Source: Bdellovibrionales bacterium (GTDB taxonomy: Bacteria; Bdellovibrionota; Bdellovibrionia; Bdellovibrionales; JAGQZY01). From it: a stretch of DNA of 64,000 nt. Positions within the stretch are counted from its first letter, which is position 1, and each line of letters starts with the position of its first letter. Positions 30,278-39,554 of the stretch are shown in pieces. The stretch is from positions 4,900 through 68,899 of the forward strand of contig CAXREJ010000044.1 of assembly GCA_964229765.1 (NCBI GenBank), written 5' to 3'. The notes beneath the pieces were generated by a model. That model was not told the origin of the DNA. It saw only the letters and a program-made list of their open reading frames with translations, and did no database searches. Position numbers and translations under genes: made by a program.

Positions 30278-30628
30278 TTAGCTCGATATTCCATCCTTAA
30301 AGATAAAGTACACAGCTCCGACTAAACATAAGCCAGCCCATAAAAAATTTATGGTTGGCTTAACACCCATATAAATAACGGCAAAGGCGACAAACACTAG
30401 AAGGGTTATGACCTCTTGAATGATCTTTAGCTGCGGCAGTGAAAAAAACTGAAAGCCCACTCGATTGGCGGGAACTTGAAAGCAGTACTCAAAAAATGCG
30501 ATAAGCCAACTGACCAATATAGCCATATAGAGTGGTTTAGAGTTCATATTTTTTAGATGTCCATACCAAGCGTATGTCATAAAAACATTGGAAATTGTAA
30601 GGAAAATAAGTGTTGTATAAACCGTCAA
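30278..30628 (-). CDS. DMT-superfamily small membrane protein (DUF486)
   Basis: SNVFMTYAWYGHLK signature. The long ORF-track N-terminus overlaps the permease. I place the start at the TTG that overlaps the permease stop (TGTTGA). Confidence 0.65.
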   Translation of the reverse strand: MTVYTTLIFLTISNVFMTYAWYGHLKNMNSKPLYMAILVSWLIAFFEYCFQVPANRVGFQFFSLPQLKIIQEVITLLVFVAFAVIYMGVKPTINFLWAGLCLVGAVYFIFKDGISS

Positions 30629-31866
30629 CAGAACCTTCTTCTCAAGAAATAAAATAAACTTCCTAGGACAAAAAGCATAACTCCCCCGAATAGAGATTGT
30701 CGAGGAAGATTTATTATAAGAATGAGACAAGTAAATAATCCACAATAAGTAAAGAAAGATGGATAAAGTCTTTGATCATAAGAAATTTTTAAAGCGGAAA
30801 GGTTGGCAATGGCATAGTAAGTTAAAATAGCGCAAGAACTGAATCCTATGGCTAAGCGAAGATCAGCGATGAGTACTAAAATAGAAATAATAAGTCCCAC
30901 CGTTAATTCTGCATGATGTGGTACTTTATAATGAGGGTGTACAGCATTTAAGAATCTAGGTAAGTCTTTATTGGAAGCCATAGCAAAAACAGTGCGACTG
31001 ATCCCAGCCACCAGGGAAAGAAGCACGCTCATTGAAGCAATGGCCGCACCTATGCGAATAATAGGTTTTAAAAAATAAAAAGACGAGCCTTCAAGAGCTG
31101 TCACTAATGGGGCTTTACTGCTCATGACCTTTTCTATGGGTAAAGTTAAAAGTGTTGTACCGATAATGAGAAAATAAAGAAAAATAGTAAAACTGAGCGC
31201 ATATAATATGGCTTTGGGTATATTTTTTTGGGGATCGATAACTTCCTCACCCAGCGTCGCAATGCGGGCATAACCAGCAAATGCAAAGAACATCAGTCCC
31301 GAGGCTTCCAGAACTCCTTGGAGGCCGGCATGTTTAAACCAGCCTGTGAGGCGACCGACTTGTGGATTTTGTTGCCACAATAAAGCGACAACTAAAATAA
31401 AAAGAATCGTTATTACTATGGTGGCGAGAACCTTCGTAGCATGGGCTGTTTTTTTGACACCAAGATAATTGATAAAAGTAATGATTAGGACCAATATTAA
31501 GGCGGTGATTTTTGGATGTTCTGGAAAAGTGTAGTAGCTAAAAGTCAGTGCCATTGCAGAACAACTTGCGATTTTACCAATTATAAATCCCCAGCCAGCG
31601 AGAAAACCCCAAAACGGACTCAGTTGTTTTCTGCCATAAACATAAGTGCCACCAGACTCAGGATAAATTCTAGAGAGTTGAGCCATAGAGGTTGCGTTGC
31701 AAAAAGCGAGAAAGCCAGCGATGATAAGGGCGAGCAAGAGTCCACTGCCTGCGGCTTGAGCGGCAGGCCCAGCCACTGCGAAAATACCAGCACCAATCAT
31801 AGAACCAAGACCTAAAAAAATAGCATCACTGAGATTAAGTCTTCTTGCTAATCGAGATGGCTGCAT
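30625..31866 (-). CDS. APC-family amino acid permease
   Basis: About 12 TM segments. The N-terminal GLGSMIGAGIF motif is typical of APC transporters. Confidence 0.8.
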   Translation of the reverse strand: MQPSRLARRLNLSDAIFLGLGSMIGAGIFAVAGPAAQAAGSGLLLALIIAGFLAFCNATSMAQLSRIYPESGGTYVYGRKQLSPFWGFLAGWGFIIGKIASCSAMALTFSYYTFPEHPKITALILVLIITFINYLGVKKTAHATKVLATIVITILFILVVALLWQQNPQVGRLTGWFKHAGLQGVLEASGLMFFAFAGYARIATLGEEVIDPQKNIPKAILYALSFTIFLYFLIIGTTLLTLPIEKVMSSKAPLVTALEGSSFYFLKPIIRIGAAIASMSVLLSLVAGISRTVFAMASNKDLPRFLNAVHPHYKVPHHAELTVGLIISILVLIADLRLAIGFSSCAILTYYAIANLSALKISYDQRLYPSFFTYCGLFTCLILIINLPRQSLFGGVMLFVLGSLFYFLRRRFC

Positions 31867-31887
31867 GAACTCTCCATTTAAAATATT

Positions 31888-32457
31888 TTAAGTAAGACCT
31901 TCGATAAGAAATTTAACGGCCAGAGAAAAGAGGATCACCGCTCCTATAAGGCTAAAAATGGGTCCTAATTTAGCAGACGCTTTTTTCGCAAGCTCCATAC
32001 CGATAATCGTGGACACAAAAGCCCAAATAGCAATGGAAGAAACGAAAGGAGTGAGGGGTTTATCTGAGACCCCAAGGCTAACACCCACGGCAAAAGCATC
32101 AAGGCTTGTGGCAAAAGAAACAATGAGTATTTTGACAAAACTGTGAAACTCTTTTGGATTGTCATCGCTTGAGTTATTTTCATTCAGCTCTATCCAACCT
32201 TCGTAAGCCAGATGTCCAGCGACGAGGGTCAAAAGAGTAAAAGAAATCCAGTGATCAATAGAATCAAAGCGCGCAACAATAGTGGACCCAGCAATAGCTC
32301 CTAAAAAGGAAACAATCCCTTCAGCACCACCAGAAGAAAAAGCAAACTTTAAAGTGTCTGAAAATTTATGAGGTCTCGCTCCCATTGCTAATGCAGCAGA
32401 AAATGAATCAGCACTTAACACTAGGCCAATAAGTGATACTTCAAATAATAAATCCAT
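31888..32457 (-). CDS. mntP: manganese efflux pump MntP
   Basis: 189 aa, 6 TM segments, with duplicated SADSFSAALAMG / SLDAFAVGVSLG motifs. Confidence 0.8.
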   Translation of the reverse strand: MDLLFEVSLIGLVLSADSFSAALAMGARPHKFSDTLKFAFSSGGAEGIVSFLGAIAGSTIVARFDSIDHWISFTLLTLVAGHLAYEGWIELNENNSSDDNPKEFHSFVKILIVSFATSLDAFAVGVSLGVSDKPLTPFVSSIAIWAFVSTIIGMELAKKASAKLGPIFSLIGAVILFSLAVKFLIEGLT

Positions 32458-32684
32458 ATTTCCTCAGCCGAATATATTGGGTCAAAAGACAGAGAGAGAA
32501 CTTAACTGAATTTGAGTCCGCTTGAATTAGTAATATAGATCTATTTGTAAGTCTAGTGAGGATCTTGTTCAGATCTTACTTAAAAGTCAGCTTCATCCGA
32601 CTTTAATTTTAGTTAGATAATTTTCGTTCCCCTTTTCTCTCATTCCATTGTGTTCAAGAAGAGTTCAATGTATTCTTGATAAGA

Positions 32685-33839
32685 ATGGATGCAACTTCAA
32701 TAGTTCCTAGTAATACAAAAGGTTTGGTTTTAACTGGCGGGGGAGCCCGTGGAGCTTATCAAGCTGGAGTCATAAAAGGGGTGGCAAAAATCCTCTCTAA
32801 GTATGAGAAGCAAAACCCCTTTCGTGTTCTCTCGGGCAGTTCAGCGGGAGCCATTAATTGCACTTTTCTTGCTTGTGGTGTTGAAAGTTTTGAAGAGGTG
32901 GCAACCAGCCTTTGCGATATGTGGGCTGAAATTACTTTTTCAGATATATACAAAACTAATTTTACTAGTTTAAGTCGTTTAGTCGCTTCTTGGATAAGAG
33001 GACTTTCATTTGCTGGACTTGGTAATAAATCAGCTCCTAATTATCTTTTAGACACTTCTCCTTTAAAAGAGCTGTTGCAAAGTAAAATTAATTTTGACAA
33101 CTTAAAGTCTTTTGAAGATCAGGGTGGGCTTCTTGCGATTAATGCCACTCATTATAAAACAGGAGCGACCATCACATTTTTTTCTGACTCTGATCAGAAA
33201 GAGGTTTGGAATAGAAACTTACGACTGTCACTGCGAGCAAAAATTAGACCAGAGCACGTGATGGCCTCCTCTGCGATACCGATTCTTTTTCCACCCGTTA
33301 AAATAGGTAATACTTTTTTTGGAGACGGAGCTTTGAGGATGAAAGCTCCTTTTAGTCCTGCAATTCATCTTGGTGCTGATAAAATTATGGCAATTAGTGT
33401 GCGTAAGCCTCGCTCTATTGAAGAGCTGACCACTGCCGTTAAGGACAATATGGATGAAATTCAAATCTCCGATATTGCGGGAACGATGCTTAATAGTGTA
33501 TTCCTTGACTCTCTAGATACGGATCTTGAAAGGCTTCGTCGTATCAACGAAACATTATCAAAGTATGAGAGAAAATCTGATGAAGCGACTCTCAGACCTA
33601 TTGAAGTTCTCGACTTGAATCCAAGTGAGGACTTAGGGGCAATGGCTGCGCCTAGTATTGAATACTTTCCTAAAACCATTCGTTATTTACTCAGTGGTAT
33701 GGGTGCTGACGATGTTGAAAGCAGTGATTTTTTAAGCTATCTCTCTTTCCATCCCTCTTATACCAAACCACTGGTTGAGCTGGGCTATGAAGATGCCTTA
33801 AAAGATGAAGAAAGAATTCTCAACTTCTTTACTTCTTAA
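32685..33839 (+). CDS. patatin-like phospholipase
   Basis: GGGARGAYQAGV oxyanion motif, GSSAG (GxSxG) and a FGDGA catalytic Asp motif. Start set at the first ATG. Confidence 0.85.
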   Translation: MDATSIVPSNTKGLVLTGGGARGAYQAGVIKGVAKILSKYEKQNPFRVLSGSSAGAINCTFLACGVESFEEVATSLCDMWAEITFSDIYKTNFTSLSRLVASWIRGLSFAGLGNKSAPNYLLDTSPLKELLQSKINFDNLKSFEDQGGLLAINATHYKTGATITFFSDSDQKEVWNRNLRLSLRAKIRPEHVMASSAIPILFPPVKIGNTFFGDGALRMKAPFSPAIHLGADKIMAISVRKPRSIEELTTAVKDNMDEIQISDIAGTMLNSVFLDSLDTDLERLRRINETLSKYERKSDEATLRPIEVLDLNPSEDLGAMAAPSIEYFPKTIRYLLSGMGADDVESSDFLSYLSFHPSYTKPLVELGYEDALKDEERILNFFTS

Positions 33840-33900
33840 TTTCAATTGTAACGGGTAACTTGTTTTGACTGATCCCTTATTCAAGGTATAAGGTATCTTC

Positions 33901-34254
33901 ATGACAGATGAAAATCAAAATTGTCCTAAATGTCAGTCACCTTATGGTTACCCAGACGGTAATGTTTGGATTTGTCCTGAATGTTTCCATGAGTGGACTC
34001 TTGGTGAAGTAAGTCAAGAGATAGATGTTGAAGAGAAGTCTTCTTTTGTCGATGCCAATGGAGTTAAACTTGAAAGTGGAGATACTGTAGCAACTATCAA
34101 GGATCTCAAGGCCGGCAAAGACACAATTAAATCTGGCACGAAGGTGAAAAATATCAGACTTCTTGATGACCCTGTGGATGGTCATGATATTTCCTGTAAA
34201 ATTCCTGGTTTTGGTTCCATGTACTTGAAGTGTTCTGTGGTAAAAAAAGTTTAA
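33901..34254 (+). CDS. yjdM: zinc-ribbon protein YjdM (PhnA family)
   Basis: CPKC...CPEC N-terminal zinc ribbon, with a C-terminal domain reading GDTV..IKDLK..G....IK.GTKVKNIRL. Confidence 0.85.
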   Translation: MTDENQNCPKCQSPYGYPDGNVWICPECFHEWTLGEVSQEIDVEEKSSFVDANGVKLESGDTVATIKDLKAGKDTIKSGTKVKNIRLLDDPVDGHDISCKIPGFGSMYLKCSVVKKV

Positions 34255-35033
34255 GGAGCCTCTCGAATAATATTGAGAGCTTTAATTAAGTCGTTCAAAT
34301 CCTTTTGACTGCCCTTAAAAGGTGACATTTCAATTTGTCTTTTTGCAGTTCCTTGCGGGTCCTTCAAAAGCTTTTTAAGTTTTTCATTGTTTTTATAGCG
34401 AATAAGTACTGCTTTGAGAGGAGGAGCTTTAAAGCCTCCTTGTGAATGAAGACTGTGGCACTTAAGGCAGCTCTTCTGTAGAAGAGCGGAACTCTTTTGG
34501 TCTAAACCAGGAATGGAACTTCGCAGATCAAGAGCCACCTTTGTCGTATTAAATATGATTTTATTTACCTGATAGGGGGAAGAAAGGGAGTGTTTTGTGG
34601 TGGGCGCTAATAGGATATAGATTGGTTTCCAGTCAAAATAATTTTTTAGTAATTTATTATAGAGCCCCTTTGGTGGAGCATTTTCCACTTTAAGAGTCAC
34701 AAAGTTTTTGGAATCCAACAAGATGCCCTTAGGCAAGTTCATTAAGTAACCATCTTTAGCGATGACATCAACAGAATGAACTTCTTTGAGCTTCCTATTT
34801 TTAGGTAAAATCTTGCCTAAGAAGTCAGGCAAGGAAAAGCCATGATATTTAAGAGTGTCACCGCTGTTGGGATCTTTCTTTTCAATTACTTTTAATTCGT
34901 TAAAATGATCTTTGTCTGCCGTATTGTAGGTTTTAGAAATTTGGTTGATAGTCACAGTAAACTCCCTCTCTTTTGGGAGAGAGCTCTTACAAGCAGCAAC
35001 AAAGAAAAGTGGTAAAAATAGGTATCTAATCAT
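34251..35033 (-). CDS. lipoprotein with C-terminal c-type cytochrome motif
   Basis: Start moved to MIRYLFLPLFFVAAC (lipobox). There is a single CLKCH haem-binding motif near the C-terminus. Confidence 0.5.
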   Translation of the reverse strand: MIRYLFLPLFFVAACKSSLPKEREFTVTINQISKTYNTADKDHFNELKVIEKKDPNSGDTLKYHGFSLPDFLGKILPKNRKLKEVHSVDVIAKDGYLMNLPKGILLDSKNFVTLKVENAPPKGLYNKLLKNYFDWKPIYILLAPTTKHSLSSPYQVNKIIFNTTKVALDLRSSIPGLDQKSSALLQKSCLKCHSLHSQGGFKAPPLKAVLIRYKNNEKLKKLLKDPQGTAKRQIEMSPFKGSQKDLNDLIKALNIIREAP

Positions 35034-35115
35034 CTTATATTGAGTGCTACTAAATAGTTGGGTCAGAGTCACTAAATATAGATTGAAAAGAGTCGTGTTA
35101 TATCAGGGTTGAATA

Positions 35116-35427
35116 TTAAGAAATGAGCTTCTCTTTATCCTCAGTATTAAAGCGCTCGAGTTTCCATTGATCAATATGAACCATAGTGAGGCGAGATAGG
35201 TTGTGCATTAACAGAAGCAAATCTTCATCGTTGGATTTTTGTGTAAAGTTACTGCATTCAGATGCTAATTTAATTGTTCCCGAAAACCCACCTTCAATTT
35301 TGTTGAATTCAATCGAAATAAAGGCGTCAGAAGGTCCCAATTCTGATAAGGTGCGGACGAGTTGGTTGATTTTAGGAAGGTCATCGGCAGATACGACAAG
35401 ATTTTTAAAGTAAATTCGATTTTTCAT
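35116..35427 (-). CDS. hypothetical protein (103 aa)
   Basis: ORF only. It has a vague resemblance in size and layout to HPF/RaiA-type proteins, which I could not establish. Confidence 0.4.
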   Translation of the reverse strand: MKNRIYFKNLVVSADDLPKINQLVRTLSELGPSDAFISIEFNKIEGGFSGTIKLASECSNFTQKSNDEDLLLLMHNLSRLTMVHIDQWKLERFNTEDKEKLIS

Positions 35428-35492
35428 ATAACTCCTCTAGTTAGTTATTGATAGAGTTCCAGTGCAACACTGGAACTGAAGTGTCATTATTA

Positions 35493-35762
35493 TCAGTTTC
35501 GATTGTGCGAGAAGGTGTCACGTTTTTCTCGAGCTTCACTGGCTGTAAGTGTTTTCCCTTGGATGTTTTGGCCATCGAGAGCTCGAATAGCTTCGTTACC
35601 TTTACTTTGGTTGCTGAACTCTACAAATGCAAAACCTCTGGACTGTCCAGTATAACGATCTTTGATAACATTGATCGAAGTGGGTGTATCGATATCAGTT
35701 AGTAATTGTTCTATATCTGATTCATTAATCGCAGTCGCAAGGTTTCCTATATATACTTTCAT
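35493..35762 (-). CDS. RRM-type RNA-binding protein
   Basis: RNP2 KVYIGNL and RNP1 RGFAFVEF motifs. Confidence 0.9.
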   Translation of the reverse strand: MKVYIGNLATAINESDIEQLLTDIDTPTSINVIKDRYTGQSRGFAFVEFSNQSKGNEAIRALDGQNIQGKTLTASEAREKRDTFSHNRN

Positions 35763-36139
35763 TATAATTCCTTTAGTGAGTTACGTAGCTTAACTCGTTA
35801 TGATTATTAATTTTGGACATACCACTCCAGCTACGTCAGAGTCGTATTTTATCAGAATTAAATATTTCACGAGATAGAGAGACTAAGGTATTAGTGTTAG
35901 TGATCTTTTCTTATAAAACAAGAAATTCAAATTAAGTATAACACACTTATATAATTACAGCGAATTAAAAGAAGGCCTCAGAACTCATGTGAGTAATCTG
36001 ACAAGAAATAGTTAAGTTTGCTAAATCAAGTCTCGTTTTTAACCACTCATCTGTTACAATTATAAGAGTCAAGAGTATTTCCTCTAGGACGATTCGTCCA
36101 AAGAACTCCTCTTTACCATATGAAAGAGGGAGACAAGTA

Positions 36140-37195
36140 ATGAATACCGGAAAAGAAAACTTGGACATTGAGTTTCACAAAGTTTTAAAGGATCACATTT
36201 TAAAAAAAATAAAGACCTTGGGAAGGTCTCAAAAAGAAGAATCCTCTTTAGTGTTGAAAGCGGGTATTTTATTTTTACTTTGGATATTTCTTTACGGAGC
36301 GTACTTGTTCTTGGGAGGAATGACTTTAATGTTAAATGTTTCTCTTTCGATTTTGTGGGCTCTCGTTATGGTTTCGATACAAATGTCTGTTATGCATGAT
36401 GCGAGTCACGGATCTTCGAGCAACAAGAAATGGGTGAACAATCTCCTGCTTAATTCGATTTCGTTTCTTGGTGGGAGTCCTTCACTATGGGTGGCTCAGC
36501 ACTGTCAGGCTCATCACTCTTTTACAAATGTTCCCGGCAAAGATCATGATATTAATACGAACGGTTTACTACGATTGTGCTCAAGTCAGGAGTATAAGCC
36601 TTTGCATCGCTATCAATATATCTATGCTTGGCTGTTGTATCCGTTATTTGTATTGAGTTGGATTTGGTGGGGGGATTTTCGAGATATTAAAAATAATACT
36701 TATGGACTGTCAAAAAAGCGTTTAAAGTATATTACTCTTGAGACAGTGTTGATTAAAATATGGCATGTTGGTTTGTTTATTGTCGTACCTTTATTAACTA
36801 TCAAGAGTCTGCCGTTGGTGTTAGTTGGATACTTTATTAGTTTTGCTGTTATGGGTTTTATCATGGTGGTGGTTTTTCAGTTAGCTCATGTTACGAGTGT
36901 GCAGCAATTTGCTTCGGAACAAGATTTTAAGAAATCTGACTGGGCTTGTTTTCAGTTGGCTTCTACAGCAAACTTCGCTCCTCACAATAAATTACTGACT
37001 TGGTATTTAGGTGGATTAAACCATCAAATTGAGCACCATATTTTTCCTTATCTCAGTCATACACATTACCCACGTATAAGAGATGATGTTAAAAACTTTT
37101 GTAATGAACATGGTGTGGAGTATCATGTATTTCCAACTCTTTTTGCGGCAGTAAGGCAGCATCAATATCATTTGATGAGCTACGGTGTGCGGTAA
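36140..37195 (+). CDS. membrane fatty-acid desaturase
   Basis: Three His boxes in the canonical order (HDASH, HCQAHH, HQIEHH), with TM segments between them. Confidence 0.85.
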   Translation: MNTGKENLDIEFHKVLKDHILKKIKTLGRSQKEESSLVLKAGILFLLWIFLYGAYLFLGGMTLMLNVSLSILWALVMVSIQMSVMHDASHGSSSNKKWVNNLLLNSISFLGGSPSLWVAQHCQAHHSFTNVPGKDHDINTNGLLRLCSSQEYKPLHRYQYIYAWLLYPLFVLSWIWWGDFRDIKNNTYGLSKKRLKYITLETVLIKIWHVGLFIVVPLLTIKSLPLVLVGYFISFAVMGFIMVVVFQLAHVTSVQQFASEQDFKKSDWACFQLASTANFAPHNKLLTWYLGGLNHQIEHHIFPYLSHTHYPRIRDDVKNFCNEHGVEYHVFPTLFAAVRQHQYHLMSYGVR

Positions 37196-37580
37196 TAGTT
37201 TGTTAAATATTTATTGGAAGGAACATCATTATTAGAATTATCATTGATAATGTTTCTATCAATTATTAAGTGATCGTATTTCAATGTTAGGGGCTATTCA
37301 GCTGTGCCTCAAAACGAATGTCCTTAGTTTGGAGTGTTTGTGTTGTCTTCGTTGTCATATCAACTTAGAGAGAAGGTCCTCAAATCAAATATCGACAGGT
37401 TTTAATAAAGAGTCGATTTTTTAATCAAGCTTTTTTTAAAAACTTATTTTTGTAATCTTTTACAAAGATGAGGTGTTTCAGTGGTGGTGATATTTACTAC
37501 AATTTAAGCATTATTCTTGTTTACTTATTTTTAAAGGGTTAGCAGTGTTCTGTAGGCTAAGGCTTTAAAAGGAGATAAGA

Positions 37581-38114
37581 ATGAAAATAAAATTAATATT
37601 TATATTATTTACAATACTCTATTCCAGTCTATCGACAGCGAGTTCGGTGTATTGGGAACTCTATCCGATGTCACTTAATATTTACAGTGAGAATTTTAAT
37701 ATTCAGTCTGTAGAAGTAATAATGAGTTGTACATTGAGTGATGGTTCAGAGCTTTTTTCAGAATATAAAGAGGTCGAAGTTCCTTCGGTTCTAACTGTAT
37801 CACCCAACTTTGCGGGTAATGGTCAGTGGTATGAATTGGAGACGGACGGTGCTTATCTAAAAGCGTCTCAAATCTTTGCAGACTTGAAAGATTGCCAGGC
37901 TAAAATTAGAGTTGTTTCTGACGTGATTGATGATGGTTCAGTTGGTAATCCTCCTCTTTCTGGTTATATCTCTTTAGTCTTTGCTTCAGGGTCTGAAGAG
38001 GCAGTACAAGAGTTCGTGGAAATGGATCAAGCAGCACTTATTGAAGAAGTGTTTAGCGAAGGACTTCGTCTTAAAATTCATGAGAATGGTTTTTATATCG
38101 GCTTAGTAGAATAG
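37581..38114 (+). CDS. secreted hypothetical protein
   Basis: Signal peptide MKIKLIFILFTILYSSLSTA. No family recognised. Confidence 0.5.
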   Translation: MKIKLIFILFTILYSSLSTASSVYWELYPMSLNIYSENFNIQSVEVIMSCTLSDGSELFSEYKEVEVPSVLTVSPNFAGNGQWYELETDGAYLKASQIFADLKDCQAKIRVVSDVIDDGSVGNPPLSGYISLVFASGSEEAVQEFVEMDQAALIEEVFSEGLRLKIHENGFYIGLVE

Positions 38115-38124
38115 TTCAGGTTGG

Positions 38125-38180
38125 GTGACAGTCACTATTTGGTTACACACTGCATACCCCAAAAGTGACAGTCACCAAAT
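38125..38180. repeat. 56-bp palindromic element, copy 1
   Basis: The sequence is GTGACAGTCACTATTTGGTTACACACTGCATACCCCAAAAGTGACAGTCACCAAAT. It has two GTGACAGTCAC palindromes 40 bp apart, and the arms are complementary. It lies between convergent genes and ends 1 nt from the sugE stop. Confidence 0.85.
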
Positions 38181-38181
38181 T

Positions 38182-38511
38182 TCAAGATGATGTTAGTTTC
38201 AGTCCTAGAATTGATATTAATAATAGTAGTAAGAAGAATAAACGCAGTGGAGTAATAGACTCATTAAATAAAAGAATACCAAAAAGGGCTGCGCCAAAAG
38301 CTCCTATACCGACCCAAATTCCATAAGCTGTTCCTATGGGAAGACTTTGACTCGCTTTAGCTAGTAAATACATGCTGCCAGCAAGGGTTAGTAATGTAAA
38401 AAGACTCGGTATTAGCTTGGTAAAGCCTTCCGTATATTTAAGGCCAATCGCCCAGCATATTTCTAATATTCCAGCAATAAGTAGAAGGATCCAAGCTGTT
38501 GAGGTTGCCAT
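38182..38511 (-). CDS. sugE: SMR-family guanidinium exporter (SugE/Gdx)
   Basis: Start moved to the ATG (MATSTAWILLLIAGILEICWAIGLKY) with an AAGGAG Shine-Dalgarno. 4 TM segments, with the conserved Glu in TM1. Confidence 0.85.
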   Translation of the reverse strand: MATSTAWILLLIAGILEICWAIGLKYTEGFTKLIPSLFTLLTLAGSMYLLAKASQSLPIGTAYGIWVGIGAFGAALFGILLFNESITPLRLFFLLLLLISILGLKLTSS

Positions 38512-38525
38512 AAGTATCTCCTTAT

Positions 38526-38566
38526 ACAACCGTCTTTGCGAATCCTGGTACGGTAGAATCGTCAGG
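38526..38566 (-). promoter_or_regulatory. guanidine-III (ykkC-III) riboswitch candidate
   Basis: The minus-strand RNA is CCUGACGAUUCUACCGUACCAGGAUUCGCAAAGACGGUUGU. The remembered 41-nt guanidine-III example is CCGGACGAGGUGCGCCGUACCCGGUCAGGACAAGACGGCGC. ACGA, CCGUACC and AAGACGG are retained. P1 is kept by covariation (CCUG/CAGG against CCGG/CCGG). Pseudoknot ACCGU/ACGGU is possible. It ends 4 nt before the sugE Shine-Dalgarno. Confidence 0.6.
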
Positions 38567-38627
38567 TGGCATCAAAGCCAAATTAACTAATCTATACACT
38601 AAAAATGACAGTTATCAAAGGACAGGA

Positions 38628-38964
38628 TTACATCGATTTACCATCATACTCGTTGATTTCAAGTTTAGATAAATCAATGTCTTCAATACAGCGAGCATTT
38701 ATTGCAACCATCTCTTTTCCATCAGGAGACTTTCCCTTCCCAAAAGGGCTAATCCCACATTCTGTGCTCAATCACTTTTTTGTTAAACTGGTAGGTCTTC
38801 AAGTAATTTTCTCCTGAGATTAGGTGAAAATTTTCAACAGGAGTAAAGCTGAGTAAACTTCCCTTCCTTATGCAAATGGAACAATTGCAAGAGATCACAT
38901 TTTTTATATCCATCTCAACTTCAAATTTTACTTTACCACAGTGGCAACTGCCTTGATGTTTCAT
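38628..38964 (-). pseudogene. GFA-family (CENP-V/glutathione-dependent formaldehyde-activating-like) gene, frame-disrupted
   Basis: The N-terminal part reads MKHQGSCHCGKVKFEV...SCNCSIC... and stops after VIEHRMWD. The remainder, CGISPFGKGKSPDGKEMVAINARCIEDIDLSKLEINEYDGKSM*, continues in another frame. The expected HxFCxxCG junction is partly missing. Confidence 0.65.
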
Positions 38965-38974
38965 TTAATCCTCT

Positions 38975-39346
38975 CTATTTTGAAGTTAAAAATTTTTTAA
39001 AATTCTTATCTCTTAAAGTAAAAGCGATCCAAACTAAAAAACCAATAATGATCGGAAAAAAGAAAGGCTCGTTGACTCGAACATGTGTGACCACGGCTCC
39101 TCCCAGGTAAGTAGTAACAAGAAGACTACCTAAAAAGCCCACACGACCAGGAACCAAGAAAAGTACAGCGACCAAAACTTCGACTATACCAATGTAGAAC
39201 ATTGTTTCGGTGGTAAAACCCATTTTAGAAAACATCTCTTCTTTGCCTTCAAACTCAAAAAACTTACCTTGAGCACTGACAAAGACCATAAATAAAAATA
39301 TGAGAAGGCTAAGAACCCATCCAATCATTTTCTTTTTATCTTTCAT
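38975..39346 (-). CDS. DoxX-family membrane protein
   Basis: 123 aa, 4 TM segments, with a pattern (GKFFEF...G..E...A.L.L.P) typical of DoxX. Confidence 0.6.
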   Translation of the reverse strand: MKDKKKMIGWVLSLLIFLFMVFVSAQGKFFEFEGKEEMFSKMGFTTETMFYIGIVEVLVAVLFLVPGRVGFLGSLLVTTYLGGAVVTHVRVNEPFFFPIIIGFLVWIAFTLRDKNFKKFLTSK

Positions 39347-39498
39347 TTTTAACTCCTGTTAAAATTAGATTGAATGAATTGTACTGATTAGTATTTATTG
39401 AGTAAAGTTAAATTTATGTATCGATCATTAAGGTTTTTGTCAGTATCCTTTATTCGATTAAGACGGGTGGCAGATTGTTTTGCTCTGAGAACAGTCGA

Positions 39499-39554
39499 GT
39501 GACAGTCACTATTTGGGGATACACCGCATACCCCAAAAGTGACAGTCACCAAAC
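39499..39554. repeat. 56-bp palindromic element, copy 2
   Basis: The sequence is GTGACAGTCACTATTTGGGGATACACCGCATACCCCAAAAGTGACAGTCACCAAAC. It has the same orientation as copy 1 and abuts the stop codon of the MBL-fold gene. Confidence 0.85.

Noticed and set aside
30629-30745. N-terminal 39-aa extension of the DUF486 ORF
   Set aside because: It overlaps the C-terminal coding region of the APC permease in another frame. The conserved family sequence begins after the TTG at 30628.
32458-32640. Possible yybP-ykoY (Mn2+) riboswitch in the mntP leader
   Set aside because: The leader (minus strand) has AAAAGGGGAAC near its 5' end and GUCUUUUGACC near its 3' end, which could mimic the P1 halves. 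The highly conserved GGGGAGUAG and the 3' CAAGACCUUU-type blocks are not matched. This needs a covariance-model search, so I do not call it.
38125-39554. Idea that the 56-bp palindromes are integron attC sites and that SugE/GFA/DoxX are gene cassettes
   Set aside because: The elements do abut stop codons and are co-oriented, and SMR genes are classic cassettes. However, there is no IntI integrase or attI in the window, and I could not find the RYYYAAC/GTTRRRY core sites. Three genes, not one, lie between two elements.
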